Program-made: the position numbers and the translations under genes
NCBI GenBank assembly: GCA_019113675.1
Contig: DXHA01000006.1
Location: 1,459-65,458 of the forward strand
Direction of reading: 5' to 3'
Length of the DNA stretch: 64,000 bases
From: Candidatus Yaniella excrementigallinarum
Lineage (GTDB): Bacteria > Actinomycetota > Actinomycetes > Actinomycetales > Micrococcaceae
Shown: positions 31,442-40,347 of the stretch, piece after piece
Layout: each line of letters begins with the position of its first letter
How positions within the stretch are numbered: position 1 is the first letter of the stretch
The notes under the pieces: generated by a model
Told to the model about the DNA's origin: nothing
What the model saw: only the letters and a program-made list of their open reading frames with translations
Database searches by the model: none

Positions 31442-32917
31442 TCACGCTCCCAACATAGCCGATATTGGTCCACGAACAAAGTAGAGGATGAAACCTACCG
31501 ACACGACCCACAACAGCCAGTGAACATCACGACCACGCTTACTCATCGCGTGGATCATGGCCCAAGAGATAAAACCAACACCGATACCATTGGCGATGGA
31601 ATAAGTCAGTGGCATCGTGATCATGGTAAGAAAAACGGGTAATGAGGTCCGAAAGTCACTCATATCAATATCGCGGACCGAGGTGACCATCATCGCTCCG
31701 ACAACCACGAGGGCTGCTGCACCGACTTCCATTGGGATCACTCCGATGAGCGGGGAGAAAAACATCGACAGAAGGAACAACCCTCCGGTAACGATAGCCG
31801 CCAATCCGGTTCGGGCCCCTTCCGCGATTCCTGCAGCCGCATCCACAAAGACCGTATTCGATGATGCTGAGGCACCACCGCCGGCCATTGCACCGATACC
31901 TTCGACGACGAAAGCCCCACGGATTCGCGGGAACATGCCATCCGATGTTTGCAACCCAGCGCTGCGAGCCAAGCCGGTCATGGTACCCATGGCATCAAAG
32001 AAGTTCGTGAACACCAGCGTGAAAACGAGCATGACAGCTGCAAGAACACCAACACGTTCAAAAGCACCAAACAGGTCGAAAGCACCAATGAGTGAAAAAT
32101 CTGGCAGGGCAGCAATCTGATCGGGCAGCTCGGGTGCAGCTAGATTCCACCCCAGCGGATCGGGGCTCTCCGGGTCATCAACAGTACCAAGATTGGCAAT
32201 TGATTGAATGATAATCGCTGCAACTGTCGCGATAATCATGCCGATGAGAATGCCCCCTGGCACCTGCCGTGCCACAAGGACACCGATCAGGATGAGCGCG
32301 AAGATAAAGACCAGCGTAGGAAGTGACCCAATAGAACCGTTCTGACCCAACTGTACCGGCGGGCTGTCTGTGCCGGAGGCTGTCACAAATCCGGAGTTTA
32401 CGAAGCCGATGAAGGCAATAAACAAACCGATGCCCACCGTAATCGCAACCTTCAGAGCATGCGGTACGGCATTAAAAATCGCCGTCCGGATGCCAGTAGC
32501 TCCCAGAACGACGATAATAGCTCCATTGATGACAACCAGTCCCATCGCTTCGGGCCAGGTGACATCCTGCACCACCGAAACCGCAAGGAAACTATTCATC
32601 CCTAGTCCAGCTGCCAAGGCGAAGGGTAATCTTGCGACCACGCCAAAAAGGATCGTGATTACCCCGGCGACGAGGCCGGTTACTGCCGTGAGCTGCGCAA
32701 AGTCAAGATTGCCACCTTCAACATCGGCTGAGCCTCCCAGGATCAGTGGGTTGAGTACGACGATATATGCCATTGCGACAAACGCAACGATGCCTCCGCG
32801 GATCTCCTGTTTGATCGAAGAGCCACGGGATGTGATCTCAAAAAATCTATCAAGCACACCGGGAGATTGTTTGGAAGTTCGGGCAGCTGTGCTTTGGTCG
32901 CTGTCAATCGCGTTCAT
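31442..32917 (-). CDS. NCS2/AzgA family purine permease (adenine/guanine/hypoxanthine)
   Basis: 491 aa and polytopic. The AzgA-type N-terminus is present (LDRFFEITSRGSSIKQEIRGGIVAFVAMAYIVVLNP). Confidence 0.85.
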   Translation of the reverse strand: MNAIDSDQSTAARTSKQSPGVLDRFFEITSRGSSIKQEIRGGIVAFVAMAYIVVLNPLILGGSADVEGGNLDFAQLTAVTGLVAGVITILFGVVARLPFALAAGLGMNSFLAVSVVQDVTWPEAMGLVVINGAIIVVLGATGIRTAIFNAVPHALKVAITVGIGLFIAFIGFVNSGFVTASGTDSPPVQLGQNGSIGSLPTLVFIFALILIGVLVARQVPGGILIGMIIATVAAIIIQSIANLGTVDDPESPDPLGWNLAAPELPDQIAALPDFSLIGAFDLFGAFERVGVLAAVMLVFTLVFTNFFDAMGTMTGLARSAGLQTSDGMFPRIRGAFVVEGIGAMAGGGASASSNTVFVDAAAGIAEGARTGLAAIVTGGLFLLSMFFSPLIGVIPMEVGAAALVVVGAMMVTSVRDIDMSDFRTSLPVFLTMITMPLTYSIANGIGVGFISWAMIHAMSKRGRDVHWLLWVVSVGFILYFVRGPISAMLGA

Positions 32918-33151
32918 TGACCACCTCTGATAAGTCGATTTGGTGCGATTCGAAGCCTCGCATCACATCACTCAGTGGAAGTACTATTCTGCAATGCGAA
33001 AACCGTTACCAAGATAGTCTGGTCGCATTTCTCAAATGTGTCAATGATCACATTCCATTGCGGGGTTTTTATCTAGGTGGGCACTCAAAAATTCGAGGTT
33101 ATCGCAGCACAACTTACCCGGCGGCACTGCCTGGGTCAGCTAACCGATCGC

Positions 33152-34660
33152 CTATTCGACAGTGCCGCTATCACCAGAAGCTGATGCAGTTGTATCAACC
33201 GGATTAGCCGCCTGACCGTGGATCCGACGTACGATCTCTTTTTCTTTTTTCGGTGAGTTGAGAAAACATGCCAATACCAAGGCGATGAAGGCCAGGATGG
33301 TGCTAGCAAAAAATGCCCAAGAGTAACCGTATAACTGAGCTTCTAGCGCGGCCTCACGTGCACTCGCATCAACTGCAGGCGTGGCATTTTGAGCCGCTAT
33401 GGACATCACGGTTACCAGGATAGCGGTCCCTATCGCGGCTGAAATTTGCTGCAGCGTATTGGCCATGGCCGAGCCATGGGAATACCACTTGGAGGGCAAT
33501 TGGTTCAGCGCGGAGGTCATCACCGGCATCAATGCCAAAGCGAGCCCGCCCATCCGAATGGCATAAACAATCGACAGATAAGCAAACGTGGTTTCCAGTG
33601 ATATCTGGGACAACATAAATGTTGTGATGGTAACGACCGTCATGCCGATCAAAGCCAACCATTTTGCCCCGAAGGCATCGAATAGGCGCCCGGTTATCGG
33701 CGACATGATTCCCATGACGACCGCTCCGGGCAACAAGACGAGCCCTGATTGCAACGGGGTAAACCCGAGAACAGTTTGCATAAACAGCGGTAAAAGCGTT
33801 TCTGCTCCGATGAGAGAAACCAACGCCGTCATCGAGATAATAATGGCCAGGGTGAACATCGGAAATTGGAACACCCGAAATTCCAGCATCGGCACTTCCA
33901 AGACAAGCTGACGCCACACGAATAGACCAATGATGACCGCACCGGCACCGATGGAGGTAAGCACCACTGGGCTGGTCCACCCGTTTTCTCCGGCGATACT
34001 AAACCCGTAGAGGAAGGATCCGAACCCGAATGACGACAAAATAATCGACAAGACATCGATGCGGGGCCGACGCAGATCGGTGACATTGCGAATGAATAAG
34101 CCGCCCACGATCAATGTGATCACAACAATGGGCAAGATGGTGATGAACAGGCTACGCCATGCAAAGTGTTCCAATAGGAACCCGGATAGTGTCGGGCCGA
34201 TAGCCGGGCCAAAGGCGATAACAATACCCATCAAGCCCATAGCGGTACCGCGGCGGTGTACCGGAATGATAGCCAACAACACCGTCATCAGTAATGGCAG
34301 CATAATACCGGAACCTGACGCCTGCACTACTCGACCTAGTAACAGGACCGGGTATACCGGCGCTGTTGCAGCAACGGCCGTACCGATACCAAATAATCCG
34401 ATTGAAGTTAGAAACAGCCCACGTGTAGAGAAACGGTCAATAAGAAACGCTGAAACCGGAATCATAACCCCGTTGGCCATCAAGAACGCAGTCGTCATCC
34501 ACTGGACCTGGCCGGTGGTGATGTCAAAGGCTTGCTGGATAGACGGCAGTGCGGTGGCCAACAGTGTTTCATTGGTAATCCCCATGAACGCACCTGTTAG
34601 CAACGCTGCAATCATGAAGAACTTTTGCCGTTTCGGCAACCCCTGGGTTTGCTGGGTCAT
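33152..34660 (-). CDS. MFS transporter, DHA2 (EmrB/QacA, 14-TMS) drug:H+ antiporter family
   Basis: 14 hydrophobic segments and the LDxTIVxxALP-like motif (ETLLATALPSIQ). The ATG at 34660 forms an ATGA overlap with the TetR stop. Confidence 0.85.
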   Translation of the reverse strand: MTQQTQGLPKRQKFFMIAALLTGAFMGITNETLLATALPSIQQAFDITTGQVQWMTTAFLMANGVMIPVSAFLIDRFSTRGLFLTSIGLFGIGTAVAATAPVYPVLLLGRVVQASGSGIMLPLLMTVLLAIIPVHRRGTAMGLMGIVIAFGPAIGPTLSGFLLEHFAWRSLFITILPIVVITLIVGGLFIRNVTDLRRPRIDVLSIILSSFGFGSFLYGFSIAGENGWTSPVVLTSIGAGAVIIGLFVWRQLVLEVPMLEFRVFQFPMFTLAIIISMTALVSLIGAETLLPLFMQTVLGFTPLQSGLVLLPGAVVMGIMSPITGRLFDAFGAKWLALIGMTVVTITTFMLSQISLETTFAYLSIVYAIRMGGLALALMPVMTSALNQLPSKWYSHGSAMANTLQQISAAIGTAILVTVMSIAAQNATPAVDASAREAALEAQLYGYSWAFFASTILAFIALVLACFLNSPKKEKEIVRRIHGQAANPVDTTASASGDSGTVE

Positions 34661-35532
34661 CGCGGGGTTCCTTTCCAGTTGTTCCATGACGTCAAGGCCG
34701 ACGTCAGTTCTGTGGTCAGATAATCGCGAGTCTTCAGTTGAGCCAGTAAGGCGTCCACGAGAAACTCGCGTGGCGTGTTTTCAGTGAGCTCTGCAAGGAC
34801 AAGATTGATAGCCGCTAGATCGTTATCACGGGTTGAAATCGCGCGAGTTGTTTGCCGCACGGTCGTCCGGAGGTTGTTCAGCTGGTCTATGACAGCCTCA
34901 AGTTGTTGATGACGATCGATGTTGTCCTGCCAAGTATGTGAAAATGCGGGAGTTAAGTGTTCATCATGTTGGACAATGGCGTTCAAACTTTGAGTGATAA
35001 AGGCGGCGATCCGGCTAATCGGTGGGGCCGAACCCAACCAAAAAAAGCGTACAAGGTAGTGATTGATACTGCCTTCCAAGACGAACACAAGATCGTCCAG
35101 ATACGCGTCTACTCGTGCACCAAATGCTTCGGTGAGAATACGCTTATGCCAAGCATAAAGCCGTCGATGGAAGTTGTCGATGGTTTCTGGTACTGCACCT
35201 GTGCTGTTGGGTGGAAACTCTATGGCCACCGCATGCAAAAGTTTTTGATAATTGGTCGACACTTTGAGTTCAGCAGAAATCGTGCTCTGCAGCCACTCCA
35301 GCGGCGACCCAGTGTGCTCGGATGCCAGCGGTGTTGCGGCGTGCAAAATGTCGTCATGAAGCTGATTAACAAGCGCCAAAATGAGGGCATCTTTTGACTC
35401 GAAATGCTGGTAAAAGGCCCCCTTAGCGATACCGGCTGCCTGGGTAATGTCTTACACTGTGGTGTTGTTGACGCCCCGTGCTTGGAACAGTTCAGCTGCT
35501 GCTTGCAGCACGCTGTCCTTGGGCTGAGTCAT
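34657..35532 (-). pseudogene. TetR family regulator interrupted by an in-frame TAA in the HTH
   Basis: Reading from the ATG at 35532 gives MTQPKDSVLQAAAELFQARGVNNTTV*DITQAAGIAKGAFYQHFESKDALILALVNQL.... The stop is codon 27, at 35452-35454. The same frame continues into the listed 34657..35379 ORF. Confidence 0.8.
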
Positions 35533-35657
35533 AATCCGTCCTCTCCACTTTTGACCGCTTGGTCACGTTATATGACCCAGTGGTCATTATGCAAGCGGAG
35601 GGTACTGTGTCATTCACCACACATACTGTAATGCTGCACAATGCGTGCTATGCGGCC

Positions 35658-36352
35658 TTAACACGTGTGCCAAGCGCCATTGAGCTCAATACTGGCGCCA
35701 TTGATATAACTAGATTTTTGACTTACGAGAAATTCAATAGCATCCACAACCTCATCAGTGGTGCCAAAACGATTCATTGGGATGAGATTGGACAGCTGGT
35801 CTTGATCAGGTACTGAATCGGTCATGTTTTTAGCAATCAGCTCGGGTGCCACACCATTAACTCGAATGTGCAACGACGACAATTCGTGTGACATAGTGGC
35901 CGTCAAGTTTTGTAAAGCTGCCTTTGACGCAGCATAAGCGGCGGTTGGCGGCAGACGAGGCGGAGACGAATCCGTCGACAATCTCCCAGCACCAAGTTTT
36001 GAGGTGATAGACAACAGGTTAACAATGGTGGCCGAACCGTCGGTGGGCATCGACGAATACGCCTGCTAGATGAGTAAAAATCGTGCTTTTAGGTTGACAG
36101 CTATAACTTGGTCCCATAGCTCTGGCGAAATATCAAAGAAATTAATTTTCTGGCCATCGCGCTTGGGTGAGATGCCAACGGCATTTACTAGGGTTGTCAG
36201 GTTGCCGTATTGCCCTGCAACATCAACGACGTGTTGCGCTGTCTCAAGTTGCGTGAGGTCGCCAGTAAATAACCAAGGCTTGCCAGGCGTTTACTGACCT
36301 GTCCACCGATACCACCGGCTCCGCCTGAAATGATTGCAACATTTTCGACCAT
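35658..36352 (-). pseudogene. SDR family oxidoreductase disrupted by a frameshift and an in-frame TAG
   Basis: The ATG at 36352 gives MVENVAIISGGAGGIGGQVSKRLASLG.., which runs into a stop. The SDR continues in another frame (..GDLTQLETAQHVVDVAGQYGNLTTLVNAVGI..NLKARFLLI*QAYSSMPTDG..). A TAG lies at 36066-36068. The C-terminal part (YAASK) is the listed ORF 35658..36050. Confidence 0.75.
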
Positions 36353-36430
36353 GGGTACTCTTTACGATGTCCTCTTCACCTTCAGAAATACCATGCGATC
36401 TGGGCCACCATACGTCAGTTGTTCATTCAA

Positions 36431-36475
36431 TAAAAAAGGGTCTAGGTGCGAGTTCTTTGAAGCCGCGCCTAGACC
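36431..36475 (-). terminator. Rho-independent terminator downstream of ectD
   Basis: On the minus strand the sequence is GGGTCTAGGCGCG-loop-CGCACCTAGACCC followed by TTTTTTATT. Confidence 0.8.
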
Positions 36476-36507
36476 CTAATGGTTTGTAATATCGCTAAAC
36501 TCTGCGA

Positions 36508-37410
36508 CTATCCGGCCGGAGTGAAGTCCGTGCTGCGAATAAACTCAGGGCGAGTTGACGGTGCCCCGAATGGTTCTTGTGCTGCATTATCTACGGAGTT
36601 ATACACCAGAAAAATATTCGAGCGGGAATACGGGGTGACATTGCCGTTAGAAGCATGCATGCAGTTGGAATCGAAGATGACCGCCCCGCCTGCTGGGCCT
36701 TCAAGTACGTCAATACCGTACTCATCAGCAAATTCTGTCAGAGTGTCTTTATCTGGTACGCCTGCGCCTTGCATGACCAAGGATTGTTTATAGTTTTCTT
36801 CCGGGGTGCCACCAGCACAGCTAATGTATTTTTTGTGTGATCCCGGCATGATCATCAATGGCCCATTAAACGAATAGTTATCCGTCAGAGAGATCGAAAT
36901 ACTGGCGGCGCGTGGCGATGGTAGCCCATCTTCGGCATGCCAGGATTCAAAATCTGAATGCCACCAAAAGTCTTTGCCCACAAAACCAGGCTTATAGTTA
37001 ATCCGGCTTTGGTGAACGTAAACTTGGGATCCCAGAATTTGTTCTAGGCGCCGGACGATCCGAGGATCATTTGCCAGTTTTTTGAAAATCTCATTGGTGC
37101 GGTGCACATTAAAAATGGAGCGCACTTCATTGGATTGTGCTTCGGTGATCGTGGCTTCGTCGTCTTTGGATGCCGGATCATTGGCTAACCGTTCCAGTTC
37201 ATCGCGGCATTCTTGCAGTTCTTCCGGGGTCAAAAGCTGATCGATGCTGAGGTAGCCCGTCTTGTCGAAGGATTGCAGATCCTCTTTGGTGAGTGGCCCC
37301 TCTAAATCCCAACCATAAACAACTGGGTCTGGCCTATCTATGACTGTCGTTTTATCATCATTGCGTGTTGGGTAATTATCTTCAATTTTGGTATCAATAG
37401 CGGTATTCAT
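36508..37410 (-). CDS. ectD: Ectoine hydroxylase (Fe(II)/2-oxoglutarate dioxygenase)
   Basis: It carries FWWHSDFESWHAEDGLP, which matches the EctD signature F-x-W-H-S-D-F-E-T-W-H-x-E-D-G-M/L-P. The length (300 aa) and a distal His (CMHAS) fit the PhyH superfamily. Confidence 0.85.
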   Translation of the reverse strand: MNTAIDTKIEDNYPTRNDDKTTVIDRPDPVVYGWDLEGPLTKEDLQSFDKTGYLSIDQLLTPEELQECRDELERLANDPASKDDEATITEAQSNEVRSIFNVHRTNEIFKKLANDPRIVRRLEQILGSQVYVHQSRINYKPGFVGKDFWWHSDFESWHAEDGLPSPRAASISISLTDNYSFNGPLMIMPGSHKKYISCAGGTPEENYKQSLVMQGAGVPDKDTLTEFADEYGIDVLEGPAGGAVIFDSNCMHASNGNVTPYSRSNIFLVYNSVDNAAQEPFGAPSTRPEFIRSTDFTPAG

Positions 37411-37581
37411 GACACTCCTTAAACTTCAGTATCCGAGGTTTATCAGATAAGTTTTAGTGGTGTGACACTACTTACGCTGACCACTCTAGAAAAGAGACCG
37501 GGGGTCTGCAACATTTCAAAACCGTTCACCCCGAAGCGCCGCTGACTCAAAGACCGCTGCTCCTTGACTTCCCGATATCGG

Positions 37582-38319
37582 TTAGAGCAGCTCCATAACA
37601 CCTGTGACCAGGGATAACACCGCACCGATCATGGCCAATGCGATCACGATGCCGAAGACAACACGGTCGTTGACCTTACCCAATGACCGTTGCCCAACAA
37701 ACATTCCCACGGAAATGCCAACGGCAGTCAACAGCCAAGCCCACCAAGATAACACCGGAATCGTGGACCCTTGAATGAAATACCGGCTTGCCAGAGTAGC
37801 CACTGAAACCAGTATCCAGATAGGTTGCAAACTTGCCGCAAAGGATGCCACCGGCCAGCGCGATAGCACCCCGTAGATCGTCATGGCAGGACCACCGACA
37901 CCTGCCAGCACACCGCCGGCACCGGCGCCTACTCCTGCAAGCACCTGGGCGCTACGGCCCGAAATCGGTTCTGAAGTTGCCGGCATTAGCAGGGCCGCAC
38001 CCAAACCAACCATCACCAACAGTCCGACAAGAATATAGACCAATGAGGTGTTCAACAAGGTACCGACCCAGCTGGCTAGCGGGGTCGAAATTACTGCGGG
38101 GATCGCAATCCAACCGACCTTGGACCATTCAATATCGCGCCACATCGAAGGCACCATCAACAATGAAGCAATGGTTGCCAGCACCATAGTGATCATAATG
38201 CCCTGGTGAGTTCCCAGCGCTACCACCGCAAACGGTGCCAACAGCATCGCAAATCCAAGACCTGTTATGCGCTGCAGCGCGGTGGCAATAAAACTTAGCA
38301 GCAAGATGCCAATAAGCAC
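37582..38319 (-). CDS. TauE/SafE (TSUP) family anion exporter/permease, copy 1
   Basis: 245 aa with about 7-8 hydrophobic segments and Gly-rich repeats (GVGAGAGGVLAGVGGP). GTG start. Confidence 0.65.
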   Translation of the reverse strand: MLIGILLLSFIATALQRITGLGFAMLLAPFAVVALGTHQGIMITMVLATIASLLMVPSMWRDIEWSKVGWIAIPAVISTPLASWVGTLLNTSLVYILVGLLVMVGLGAALLMPATSEPISGRSAQVLAGVGAGAGGVLAGVGGPAMTIYGVLSRWPVASFAASLQPIWILVSVATLASRYFIQGSTIPVLSWWAWLLTAVGISVGMFVGQRSLGKVNDRVVFGIVIALAMIGAVLSLVTGVMELL

Positions 38320-38506
38320 GACGACGTAACTTCCTCTATCAACTTCGGTATGGTCTTGACCAGGCTATGCCACACGTGACTGGCCACGCGGCAAGCTACG
38401 CAGGTCAGGCCACTTCAGCCGGTAACGCAGCACTCTTGCTTCTAATATTGGGGTGACGTTGACTTGAAGGTGTTAGCCCCGTTTGAAACAGACTCTAAGA
38501 AGGATT

Positions 38507-38893
38507 ATGACTGTAGAACTTACTGACCACATGGCACAGGTACTTGATGAACAACTAGCGTTTATTGCCACGGCAAACCAGCAGGGAGTGCCGAATCTCG
38601 GTCCGAAGGGCTCCATCGGGGTATTTGATGCATCAACGCTGATTTATGATGAGACAACCGGCGGCCAGACCCTGGAAAATATTCAACACGGTTCCACAGT
38701 GGTCATCGCTGTGGTGGATCGGAAATGGAAAAATGGCTACCGTTTTACCGGTGCTGCCACGGTATTGAACTCCGGTAGGATCTTTGACGAGCGCGCTGAG
38801 GCTCGTGAGGCTCGCGGCAAATCACCACAGATCTGCACCGTCTTGATTCAGTTAAACGATATCTCAACGTTTCGTCCTGTACAGACAAAATAG
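38507..38893 (+). CDS. Pyridoxamine 5'-phosphate oxidase-like FMN-binding split-barrel protein
   Basis: The ATG at 38507 is preceded by AAGAAGGA. About 128 aa with a PNPOx-like pattern (FIATANQQGVPNLGPKGS). Confidence 0.55.
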   Translation: MTVELTDHMAQVLDEQLAFIATANQQGVPNLGPKGSIGVFDASTLIYDETTGGQTLENIQHGSTVVIAVVDRKWKNGYRFTGAATVLNSGRIFDERAEAREARGKSPQICTVLIQLNDISTFRPVQTK

Positions 38894-38928
38894 TCCCGCC
38901 GGGCCGGAAGTTCCGTACCAGGCGGGAC
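38893..38928 (-). terminator. Hairpin between convergent genes (GTCCCGCC ... GGCGGGAC)
   Basis: 8-bp GC-rich stem. On the minus strand it is followed by TATTTTGT, so it probably terminates the protoglobin-ALDH operon. Confidence 0.45.
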
Positions 38929-38958
38929 CAAATAGTTGCGAGGAATAGCAGCGCTTAT

Positions 38959-40335
38959 TTAGCCGGCAAATTTCATCAGCCGTTTGTTGACGAACTCTTC
39001 CATCCCATACCGACCCAATTCACGGCCGATACCGGAACGTTTATAACCGCCAAACGGCAGTTCCGCCGATGTGGCGGCGGGTTCGTTGATGTACACCATG
39101 CCGGTTTCGATGTGTTCACCGACCCTACGGGCGTGTTCTGCATCAGAGGCCATTACCGCAGCGGATAGTCCATATGGTGTGTCATTGGCCATCTTAATTG
39201 CTTCATCGTCGTCTTTGACTTTATAGACCATGGCTACTGGACCGAATAGTTCCTCGGTATAGGCGCGCATTTGCGGGGTAATTCCCGTCAGCATCGTCGG
39301 CTGGTACCACGCACCCCCACGAGAATCGAAGTCACCGCCGGCATGAACGGTAGCACCTTGGGAAATGGCATCTTGAACTTGCTCGTGCAACCCTTCGGCA
39401 GCAGAAGCCGATGACATCGGACCAATAAAGGTGTCCTCTTCTGCCGGATCAGCCAGCTGCAGTTTATTGACCGCTTTACTCAGCTCGTCAACGAACTCGT
39501 CGTAGAACTCTTCTAAAACAATGATGCGTTTGGCCGCATTACATGCCTGACCGGCGTTAGCCATGCGACCATATAGGGCGCCTTTAACGGCTTTTGGTAA
39601 AATGTCACGGTCCAAGACCACAAACGGGTCATTGCCGCCAAGTTCAAGGACAACTTTTTTGACATATTTACCTGCGGTAGCCGCCACTGAGGCCCCAGCA
39701 CGATCCGAACCGGTCAGCGAAACCCCCATGACCTCCGGGTGGGGGATAATAATCTCGGCGACCTGATCGGTGGAGGCATAAATATTGGTGTAGGCCCCCT
39801 CGGGGAAGCCGGCGTCAAGGAAAATCTGTTCCATCGTCGCAGCCGATTCCGGGCAAATACCGGCATGTTTGAGCAGCACGGTATTACCGATCATCAGATT
39901 CGGTGCGGCAAAGCGGGCTACCTGATAATACGGGAAATTCCACGGCATGATCCCTAAAAGTACACCGTATGGTTCACTTTGAATATAGGCGCTGCCGCCT
40001 TGAGCATCGTCAATGGTCTCGTTGCGTAGATAGTCTGGCCCGTTTTTGGCGTAATAACGATAAATGTCGACGACGATGCCGAGTTCGCCGCGGGCCTGTT
40101 TGACAGGTTTACCCATTTCTCGACCAATAATCTCCGCCAATTCCTCTGTGCGTTCTTCGTAGATATCGGCGACTTTATCTAAGAGTTGGGCGCGTTCATC
40201 CGGCGTCGTTTTCGACCATGAGTTAAACCTATCGGCGGCTGTTTCGATGGCCGATTTGAGTTCGTCGTCGGTGGCTTGCTTGAATTCTTTTTCTACCTGC
40301 CCGGTGGCAGGGTTGGTAACTGCATATTTGGTCAT
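38959..40335 (-). CDS. NAD(P)+-dependent aldehyde dehydrogenase (succinate-semialdehyde dehydrogenase-like)
   Basis: ALDH motifs are present: the catalytic-Glu region VVLELGGNDP, the Cys region GQACNAAKR, and EELFGPV. I prefer the ATG at 40335 (MTKYAVTNPATG). Confidence 0.85.
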   Translation of the reverse strand: MTKYAVTNPATGQVEKEFKQATDDELKSAIETAADRFNSWSKTTPDERAQLLDKVADIYEERTEELAEIIGREMGKPVKQARGELGIVVDIYRYYAKNGPDYLRNETIDDAQGGSAYIQSEPYGVLLGIMPWNFPYYQVARFAAPNLMIGNTVLLKHAGICPESAATMEQIFLDAGFPEGAYTNIYASTDQVAEIIIPHPEVMGVSLTGSDRAGASVAATAGKYVKKVVLELGGNDPFVVLDRDILPKAVKGALYGRMANAGQACNAAKRIIVLEEFYDEFVDELSKAVNKLQLADPAEEDTFIGPMSSASAAEGLHEQVQDAISQGATVHAGGDFDSRGGAWYQPTMLTGITPQMRAYTEELFGPVAMVYKVKDDDEAIKMANDTPYGLSAAVMASDAEHARRVGEHIETGMVYINEPAATSAELPFGGYKRSGIGRELGRYGMEEFVNKRLMKFAG

Positions 40336-40347
40336 GAGCACTCTCTT

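Noticed and set aside
32940-32975. tRNA-like T-loop sequence on the minus strand (GGCTTCGAATCGCACCA).
   Set aside because: The flanking bases do not form a T-stem (GAGGC against CGCAC), and no acceptor or anticodon arms can be drawn. It is not a tRNA or a tRNA fragment.
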